A stretch of DNA of 32,591 nucleotides from Candidatus Thorarchaeota archaeon (GTDB taxonomy: Archaea; Asgardarchaeota; Thorarchaeia; Thorarchaeales; Thorarchaeaceae): NCBI GenBank assembly GCA_048884965.1, contig JBHLQH010000036.1, forward strand, positions 1 to 32,591. Direction: 5' to 3'. The notes below the pieces were generated by a model. The model had not been told where the DNA came from, searched no databases, and saw only the letters and a program-made list of their open reading frames with translations. Position 1 is the first letter of the stretch; the number at the start of each line of letters is the position of its first letter. The position numbers were made by a program, and so were the translations under genes. Shown here piece by piece: positions 1-6,874 of the stretch.

Positions 1-1
1 G

Positions 2-106
2 ATTAAGGAGGGAATACATCTCCTCTTGACCATGCAGGATATGGTCTATCGGCGAACGGGTCTGAAGATTGATGAAATTGATGACATTGTGAAGACCTAT
101 AGCTAA
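2..106 (+). CDS. 3' end of a gene entering from the left edge (partial, product unknown)
   Basis: Frame 2 is open from the window edge, reading IKEGIHLLLTMQDMVYRRTGLKIDEIDDIVKTYS, then TAA at 104-106. Too short to assign a family. Confidence 0.55.
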   Translation: MKEGIHLLLTMQDMVYRRTGLKIDEIDDIVKTYS

Positions 107-229
107 TCTGCCAGTTTCTAGGTGCGTAGTTCCACGTCAACGCATCCTACGTCGACTCGCTACAAAATGAAGTTGACCATGCAGACACATCCTTCCGCTG
201 TTAATGCGTTTTCTGTCAGATGATTCAAT

Positions 230-246
230 TTATTAATAAGTATTAA
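230..246 (+). promoter_or_regulatory. AT-rich TATA-like promoter element for the DUF438 gene
   Basis: Palindromic TTATTAATAA at 230-239 followed by TATTAA, about 25-40 nt upstream of ATG 272; archaeal TATA spacing. Confidence 0.4.
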
Positions 247-271
247 CCATAGTTATCCCAGAGGGTTCATT

Positions 272-1672
272 ATGTCGGTAACTCTAATGGCTTCAACAAA
301 AATACTTGACTTAGCTAGTCAATTTCCATTCCTATTCGACACTTTGGTTGATATCTCTCCAAAGCTTAAGCGATTGCAAAATCCCATTCTTCAGAAGACT
401 ATTGGGAAGCGTGCAACTTTGACAGATGTATCGAAGATGTCGAATGTACCACTAAATCGTCTGTTTATACTACTTGCCGAATCCATCAAAAAGAATGCAA
501 AGGAAGAAGTAACCATAGATAAGGGTGACATCGAGAAAGGAGAATGGCAAGAGGAGCTTCAGAAAAGACAGAGGAAGCTCAAAGATCTAGTTTTGGAGTT
601 ACATGCAGGGGAAGAACTAGAACCTCTACAAAAAGAGTTCAAGGAGATTCTGGTGGATGTCAGTGCAACTGAGATCGCAGAGATGGAACAATCCCTGATA
701 TCGTCTGGTGAACTCACAGCGCAGCAAGTTACTGCCTTGTGTGACTTGCATGTTCAAGTTTTCAAGGAGTCCTTAGATGTGCAAGAAAAGCCTGAATCCA
801 CACCGGGACATCCTATACATACCATGATGAGTGAGAATAAAGAAGCCCAACGATTGGTCAACATCCTCAAGGAAAACCCTAGTGACAAAGAAACCCTGGA
901 AGACCTTCGGAAGATCACAATCCATTACAAACGATTGCAGAATCAGCTATTCCCAATCCTAGAGAAAGCAGGTATCACAGGACCTTCAACGGTGATGTGG
1001 GCGAAGCAGGATGAGATTCGTGAGATGCTCAGCAAGGTCGATCAATCGAATCTCAAAGAGCTCATGGCAGCAGTTGAAGATATGATATACAAGGAGGAAA
1101 ATATCCTCTTTCCCATGTCACTAGAGAATCTTTCCGAATACGATTGGGTCCGAGTTCGTATTGGCGGAGAGGAAATAGGTTATGCTTGGGTCACTCCTGG
1201 TGATGAATGGAAACCAATCACACCACTAGATATCCATCAAGCGGATCATGAGCCCGAGTCACCTAAGATTAAGCTTAACACGGGTAGCTTGAGTCTAAAA
1301 GAGATTGACTTGCTCCTTCGGCACCTTCCTATCGACATATCCTTTGTAGGCACTGATGAGAAGGTAGCCTATTACTCCGCCACCGATGATCGCATCTTCC
1401 CTCGAAGCCCTGGTGTTATTGGACGAAGCGTAATCAATTGTCACCCTCACAAAAGCTACGATAAGGTTCAAGCTATCATGAATGCTTTCAAGGAAGGCAC
1501 GCAGAATAAAGCGATGTTCTGGATCCAATTAGGTGGGCGCTTCATAATCATCTCCTACTATGCCATTAGAGATGAGAAAGGTGAATTCATGGGCACCTTG
1601 GAAGTGTCACAGGATGTCACTGAAATACGGAGTCTTGAAGGAGAGCAAAGGCTGTTAGATTGGCATAAATGA
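272..1672 (+). CDS. DUF438-family protein (DUF1858 + DUF438 + hemerythrin-like + C-terminal PAS domain)
   Basis: EIAEMEQSLI...LCDLHVQVFK (DUF438); PGHPIHTMMSEN, HYKRLQNQLFP, VMWAKQDEIR, MIYKEENILFP (hemerythrin-like); LPIDISFV...IFPRSPGVIGRSVINCHP...GTLEVSQDVT (PAS_10 type). Confidence 0.9.
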   Translation: MSVTLMASTKILDLASQFPFLFDTLVDISPKLKRLQNPILQKTIGKRATLTDVSKMSNVPLNRLFILLAESIKKNAKEEVTIDKGDIEKGEWQEELQKRQRKLKDLVLELHAGEELEPLQKEFKEILVDVSATEIAEMEQSLISSGELTAQQVTALCDLHVQVFKESLDVQEKPESTPGHPIHTMMSENKEAQRLVNILKENPSDKETLEDLRKITIHYKRLQNQLFPILEKAGITGPSTVMWAKQDEIREMLSKVDQSNLKELMAAVEDMIYKEENILFPMSLENLSEYDWVRVRIGGEEIGYAWVTPGDEWKPITPLDIHQADHEPESPKIKLNTGSLSLKEIDLLLRHLPIDISFVGTDEKVAYYSATDDRIFPRSPGVIGRSVINCHPHKSYDKVQAIMNAFKEGTQNKAMFWIQLGGRFIIISYYAIRDEKGEFMGTLEVSQDVTEIRSLEGEQRLLDWHK

Positions 1673-1675
1673 GAT

Positions 1676-2293
1676 CTATTGCAGGACATAGCGCATTTTC
1701 CTTGTCATTGCAATATATCCATGTTCTATCAGTTCGTTGAGGGCTAGATTCGTATGGGCCATTAGAATACCGTTTTCCTTCAGATGTAATTCAATCTGAC
1801 GACGAGAAACGCCATTGTTGGCGGGGAATGTTTCAATGAAGTGAAGGATCATCTCATGGATTCTGTCAAGTTCCATGTATGTCCGAGGTACCTTCTCTCC
1901 TGGGATGACCCTACTCTCTCCATTTCTAATTCTATTACCTCGACTTATCTCTCGGTAGAACCCCCAAAGAATTGCCCCAAAGAAAAGCAGCATGAAGATG
2001 AGTCCAAAAAGACCATTGAAGATATCACCAGTCCACACTGAACTTGTGGGGAGGAGGTATAATGAAACAACGAATATCCCAAAGATGAGAATAATTATCT
2101 CTATACCCCAATTCATGTAGTATTGACCTGCCGCTCTGCAATCACTCGAACACCAAATACCAGTTTCTCTATGGTTCGGCCTGTAGTACTTGCGAGGCTT
2201 GCTTACATATCTACCACACCAATCACATCTCTGTGTGATGTCTTTGAAATCATCCTTTCTCCTACTCTCCCGATTTGAAAACAAGGTGCCCAT
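1676..2293 (-). CDS. Membrane protein: N-terminal Cys4 zinc finger, two TM helices, C-terminal winged-helix-like domain
   Basis: CDWC...WCSSDC (treble-clef/TRASH-like); hydrophobic segments WGIEIIILIFGIFVVSLYLL and LFGLIFMLLFFGAILWGFY; C-terminal GVSRRQIELHL...ALNELIEHGYI...YVL wHTH pattern. Confidence 0.7.
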   Translation of the reverse strand: MGTLFSNRESRRKDDFKDITQRCDWCGRYVSKPRKYYRPNHRETGIWCSSDCRAAGQYYMNWGIEIIILIFGIFVVSLYLLPTSSVWTGDIFNGLFGLIFMLLFFGAILWGFYREISRGNRIRNGESRVIPGEKVPRTYMELDRIHEMILHFIETFPANNGVSRRQIELHLKENGILMAHTNLALNELIEHGYIAMTRKMRYVLQ

Positions 2294-2395
2294 TCCTCTA
2301 TCTATCCATTTTATTGAAGCCTTTTAAGATGTTCTTGAAGATTCAGACTCTGCTTGAGGGTAGGGCGAACGTCTGGTCGATAGAGGCCCAAAATA

Positions 2396-2689
2396 CTAGA
2401 AGCTCTTGAGTTGAATGCCCATCTCCACCTTCAATTTGCTAATGTGCTGCCTGAGGTCTTTGATTCGTTCATCATTGAGATGGTATGTTGGCTGTCGCAT
2501 ATCTAGTAGATTTGGGATTTTCCTACAGAGTTGCTGTTTCATTAACTTTTGAAGAGCGAAACTCACAGTCCTAGCAGGAAGGTCTGACTGAGAAGAGATT
2601 TGCTTCGGACTCATTGGACCACTGGTCTTGAGTTGATCGAGGATAATCAACGCACTCCTTGGAAGATCTGCCGTTAGCATGATTTGCAC
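2396..2689 (-). CDS. Small winged-helix DNA-binding protein (MarR/TrmB-like)
   Basis: LPRSALIILDQLKTSGPMSPKQISSQSDLPARTVSFALQKL...RKIPNLLDMRQPTY is a typical archaeal small wHTH. Start is GTG 2689 or ATG 2680. Confidence 0.8.
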   Translation of the reverse strand: MQIMLTADLPRSALIILDQLKTSGPMSPKQISSQSDLPARTVSFALQKLMKQQLCRKIPNLLDMRQPTYHLNDERIKDLRQHISKLKVEMGIQLKSF

Positions 2690-2700
2690 ACTCTATGGAG

Positions 2701-2775
2701 ATATTGGCATAGGCTAGCAGTGCTGCCCGAACTCCTGTCGCACCCGTGTTCGCATCATGAGTTCTCTGCCAACAC
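2701..2775 (-). ncRNA. Putative structured 5' leader or small RNA (three-way junction)
   Basis: Minus-strand pairings read by eye: GUGUUGGCA/UGCCAAUAU (9 bp, 2 G-U), GAACUC/GAGUUC with an extendable inner stem, and GGCAGC-ACU-GCU-A-GCC. It begins about 20-25 nt downstream of the TATA box at 2794-2803. No known family recognised. Confidence 0.35.
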
Positions 2776-2777
2776 TA

Positions 2778-2821
2778 TTGCTATTTTCGGCAATTATATA
2801 TAACTATTTTGCCAAAAGCAA
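2778..2821. promoter_or_regulatory. Bidirectional TATA box flanked by an imperfect inverted repeat (candidate operator)
   Basis: Perfect palindrome TTATATATAA at 2794-2803, between TTGCTATTTTCGGCAA and TTGCCAAAAGCAA, lying between two divergent regulator genes. Confidence 0.55.
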
Positions 2822-2922
2822 CGTGTATTACAACGGCGCATTTTCTCTCTATCTCACGAATGAACTGCTGTTGGGCGGCGTGGATCTCGTAGGAGAACCA
2901 TAAGTAGAAGGTTGAATAGATA

Positions 2923-4035
2923 TTGAAGGTCGAAGGAAAAGGCAAACGACCCCGAAAAGGGCTTGACAAAAAAGACCTAAGCATCATCGATGCACTAGGA
3001 AAACTTGGGGGGAAGGTGTCAACAGAAGAACTAGCTGACATAACGAATATCGCTGCTCGTACAATCAGGTATCGATTGAAGCGTCTCCGAGATGAGGGCT
3101 TTCTCTCAAGATTATACGCACAGACGCATGAGTATAAGATTGGCATGGGCGATAGCATGCTAATCCTCCAAGAAGTGCAAGGAAAGAGTGACCGCCTGAA
3201 GGAGGCGATCGACTCCATTGGCTGGTTCTACTATACTGGTCCTACATATGGAAGATACAATGGGTACATGATTCATGCCATGTATTCACTTGACAAACCT
3301 GATGGAGTTGTTCGATTAGCCAAAGAAATGCAATCTCTTGGAATTATTGACGACTACTATTACTACTCGGTGACTGACTATGAAACACGTAGAGGTGACT
3401 TCAAGCAGTTTGAGTATAATCGCGGTTGGAAATGGGATTCAAACCAATGGATCCGAGAAGCTGAAGGCTGCATTGCAACGGGTGATGCAATTGACATCAA
3501 ACTTGAGTATGAACCAAAGCAGATGGAATTTGATAGAATCGATGTCATCTTGATCAATGAGTTGAAGGCAGAATCTAATAGGACACTGAAGGAATTTGGA
3601 GAGCTAGTCAATCTTTCGGAAACGCAGATCAAGAGGAGAATTACTCGGCTTGAGGACGCAGGAGTGGTCAAAGGCTATAGATGGATCATTGAGAAGATAG
3701 ATTCACCTCTTTACATCTATATCTTCTTGGAGCTTTCTGATAACGTAGATTGCATCTTATCCTCTTTCTATAGATTGCCATTTCCGTGTGAGATTCTCAT
3801 GGAATCTCGGAATAGGTACTGCGCTAGAATCCGTCTCTATGGCACTGAGATAACTGGTCTCTTACGAGGTATCTCTTACATGCGAAAATACATTGAATCG
3901 TATTTCGTACAAATCACACATGATCTTTCTGAGGTTCCAACTTCAGAGTCAAGTGGCTACTTTAACATGGATGAAATGAGATGGGAGTATCCCACGGATG
4001 ATGCAATAGCTCGGCTCCGTAAGAATTTCGGATAG
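2923..4035 (+). CDS. Lrp/AsnC-type transcriptional regulator with two tandem wHTH-RAM-like modules
   Basis: HTH1 LDKKDLSIIDAL...STEELADITNIAARTIRYRLKRLRDEGFL; HTH2 FDRIDVILINELK...TLKEFGELVNLSETQIKRRITRLEDAGVVKGY. TTG start. Confidence 0.85.
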   Translation: MKVEGKGKRPRKGLDKKDLSIIDALGKLGGKVSTEELADITNIAARTIRYRLKRLRDEGFLSRLYAQTHEYKIGMGDSMLILQEVQGKSDRLKEAIDSIGWFYYTGPTYGRYNGYMIHAMYSLDKPDGVVRLAKEMQSLGIIDDYYYYSVTDYETRRGDFKQFEYNRGWKWDSNQWIREAEGCIATGDAIDIKLEYEPKQMEFDRIDVILINELKAESNRTLKEFGELVNLSETQIKRRITRLEDAGVVKGYRWIIEKIDSPLYIYIFLELSDNVDCILSSFYRLPFPCEILMESRNRYCARIRLYGTEITGLLRGISYMRKYIESYFVQITHDLSEVPTSESSGYFNMDEMRWEYPTDDAIARLRKNFG

Positions 4036-4042
4036 ATACTCT

Positions 4043-6874
4043 CTAGAGAGCCGCTCGCAGCTCGTCAGCCAAATCCTGATTTAGGCTATGACGTGTTATG
4101 AGATGAGTACCGAGAAGAGGAATGCTGAAGCTCAAGACGAGAATCAGAGAGAATATATCCAGAGGCAATACAAGTGCGATGGGTAATCTTTGCCAATCCA
4201 ATGAACCAGAAACTCCGATATATGTGAGTGGTGTTTGCAAAACCAGGATGCTAAGTAGAGATCCGATGAAAATGCCAATTATGGATGCCATTGCCATTGT
4301 CAGGACTGCATCTATGAGCATGGCACTCTGGACCGATTCAGCTTGACTCCCTAATGCACGGACCACTGAGAACTGTTTCTTGAATCCACGGTTCTTCTCA
4401 ATCGCTACTATACTCATTCCAATGGTCAAGTAGAACAGAGAGAACAACACATTGATTGTATAGACTCCGTAGATCGAATTGCCCGCCTTTGAACCAATTA
4501 CATCATCTATTTGGTCTTGTGCAGAATTGATTTGAACGATGCTATCTGGATCGATGTCCCAGATATCTTCAATCACCTTTGTATGATTTACACCTGCTTC
4601 AAGCTTGACATAGGCCTTACTGATGAGAGGAATTCCCAAAACATCATGGATGAGATCGATATTTGCCACTAAGAAATCTCGATCGTCAGGAAAACCTGGT
4701 AGGAATGTCTGAGTATCTCTATCTTGATCAACGGACATCACGTCAACTATTGAAAGATTCAGATAGACGTCCTCTGGCTGACCATAGATATGTACATCCA
4801 GAAGGTTACTATACACGTATGTATAGCTCCTATCTTCTGCAATATCATAGCCGATAATTGGTTGAAAGGATGCAAGAATATTAGATGTATCGTCTGAAAG
4901 GTAGGAAAATGCTTCTGTTGGATTGAGATTCTTTGTGAATGTAGGTAGGAAGAAGGCAGTATCAAGCCACAAATCGGGTTGAATCCCGTATAGCGTCACT
5001 GCGCGATGATTTGTGATAATAGCTACGGGGCCAATTGTTTGATAATGAACAAGACATCCCCATTCCAGAAGGCCACTTGCACCCTGCACTCCGTCAATGG
5101 ATCGAATGTCTTCAAGGATATCTGTAGTGACATTGTTACCGAAGGTGTTCAAATCCACAACAATGTCTGAACCGACATTGAACTCAGAAAGCTGGTATAT
5201 ATGGTGAGTGCCAGTAGTGGCTGCAACTGCTGAGAAAGCTGCTGCAGTGAAAACCATCGCGATAAACATGACACCCATCGTTTCGTTCTTAATTCTAAGT
5301 TTTGCAGTCCTTCCTACTATTCGTGCGCCTACGACACGTTTCGGATTGCTTATTCTATCCATAATTAAAGTCTTCAGAGGCGCAGCAAATCGTGCGAGGA
5401 ATCTGGCAAGGAAGATTATGAAACATCCAAAGCTACCTATAACGAGAACTGGAATGAGGAATCCTGACCCACCAATCATTCCTCCGCCTAACATCAAGAA
5501 GAGCTGTGTCGCTAGAATCCCCGTAAAAGCTATTACAATAACATCAATTACCGGCGATCTCATCTCCTCTTCCTTAGTGTTACTGTCTCGTTCAATCTCC
5601 TTATGGGCATCAGAAGCTGGCATCAGAATATTCTTGATGACTGGTGGTAGGGACACAATCAAACCCAATGAGAATGAGAAGATGAATACGAGCATTAATG
5701 TCGATGGCTGAAGAAATATTGTGAACTCGTTGGTTTGAGTGAAATCGATTTCAAAGAGGCCTTCTGATGCGCCTGATATAATAGCGGCTAGGATTCCTGT
5801 TAGAACGGCTCCTACACCTCCAACAACTCCTGTAATAAGAGATACACTTAGAATCCATTCAACTGTCTGCCATGTCGACGCTCCCCTGACGCGTAAAGTT
5901 CCAACATCTTGTCTTCTTTTATCATCTGATAGTTTGGATGTATAGTGGACTAATACTACCCCCATTACAATACTCGGGATTGAGAAAGCAATAGCCAAGG
6001 ACATCATATTCGTGTTCCATGTGGAATAGCTCTCTACAATGCTTGTTACTGGAAACTGACCGATTATGGCATAGGGGACAGTTCTTTGCTCGATTCTTCT
6101 CCTGATATCTTGCAAACTATCGACAGCTTCTGATGGAGTATTGTGACCGAGTGCAGAGGGTTCGAATTTTACCCAAATTCTATCATGAACTCCATTGATT
6201 GGTGCATTATCCAAGAAATTGAACTTCTCTTTCAGATCTTCTCTGGTAACGATTGCTCTAAGAATTGGAACGATTACATCTCTGTACTTGTCCTCATAGT
6301 TACCCCATAATCCATGGGATTCATAGACACCCATTACTGTAAATGGCACAGATTCATACACTGGGCGATGGAACCAATCTGTGGTATCAGCTATAACTGA
6401 TAGATTGTATTGATCCCCAATGTTTATCCCTGCTGCCTCAAAGAGCGATTTCTCAAGATAGCAACCGTTTGCCTGCAATGGTTGTCTATATCCTGAAAAC
6501 TCGAATGCATCAGCATAGACATCAAAGAAAGTGTCCGAAACTCCAAGGTATACGAATCTCTTAAGCTCAGCTAGCCATAAATGTGTATATTCTCCGTCAA
6601 TGATTGTGATATGCTCAGTACTAGCGATTCCTTGTTGCTCAGATATCACTGATTCGATGTCTTCAATGGTCATGTTTGATTGCTCATAGAAGGCAAGAGT
6701 CGTCTGCACATCCATATGCAGCGGCATGTCCTCTGTCATTTCAGATAGTACGAAAGGTCCGGCACTATCAAGATAGATTAGGATACCTCCAAGTACACCA
6801 GATGCAAGTGAAAATACCAACAGTGTCGTTAACACCTGTGGGGCTTCTGAAAGAAGACGTCCTGACAGATACAT
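4043..6874 (-). CDS. FtsX/MacB-like ABC transporter permease (two FtsX repeats)
   Basis: N-terminal TM and large extracytoplasmic domains; FtsX motifs RRQDVGTLRVRGAST and KKQFSVVRALGSQ; about 10 TM segments. Confidence 0.85.
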   Translation of the reverse strand: MYLSGRLLSEAPQVLTTLLVFSLASGVLGGILIYLDSAGPFVLSEMTEDMPLHMDVQTTLAFYEQSNMTIEDIESVISEQQGIASTEHITIIDGEYTHLWLAELKRFVYLGVSDTFFDVYADAFEFSGYRQPLQANGCYLEKSLFEAAGINIGDQYNLSVIADTTDWFHRPVYESVPFTVMGVYESHGLWGNYEDKYRDVIVPILRAIVTREDLKEKFNFLDNAPINGVHDRIWVKFEPSALGHNTPSEAVDSLQDIRRRIEQRTVPYAIIGQFPVTSIVESYSTWNTNMMSLAIAFSIPSIVMGVVLVHYTSKLSDDKRRQDVGTLRVRGASTWQTVEWILSVSLITGVVGGVGAVLTGILAAIISGASEGLFEIDFTQTNEFTIFLQPSTLMLVFIFSFSLGLIVSLPPVIKNILMPASDAHKEIERDSNTKEEEMRSPVIDVIVIAFTGILATQLFLMLGGGMIGGSGFLIPVLVIGSFGCFIIFLARFLARFAAPLKTLIMDRISNPKRVVGARIVGRTAKLRIKNETMGVMFIAMVFTAAAFSAVAATTGTHHIYQLSEFNVGSDIVVDLNTFGNNVTTDILEDIRSIDGVQGASGLLEWGCLVHYQTIGPVAIITNHRAVTLYGIQPDLWLDTAFFLPTFTKNLNPTEAFSYLSDDTSNILASFQPIIGYDIAEDRSYTYVYSNLLDVHIYGQPEDVYLNLSIVDVMSVDQDRDTQTFLPGFPDDRDFLVANIDLIHDVLGIPLISKAYVKLEAGVNHTKVIEDIWDIDPDSIVQINSAQDQIDDVIGSKAGNSIYGVYTINVLFSLFYLTIGMSIVAIEKNRGFKKQFSVVRALGSQAESVQSAMLIDAVLTMAMASIIGIFIGSLLSILVLQTPLTYIGVSGSLDWQRLPIALVLPLDIFSLILVLSFSIPLLGTHLITRHSLNQDLADELRAAL

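Noticed and set aside
2701-2775. 75-nt structured element as a tRNA or known riboswitch
   Set aside because: No cloverleaf or T-loop consensus in the right position, and no TPP, FMN or fluoride riboswitch consensus recognisable by eye.
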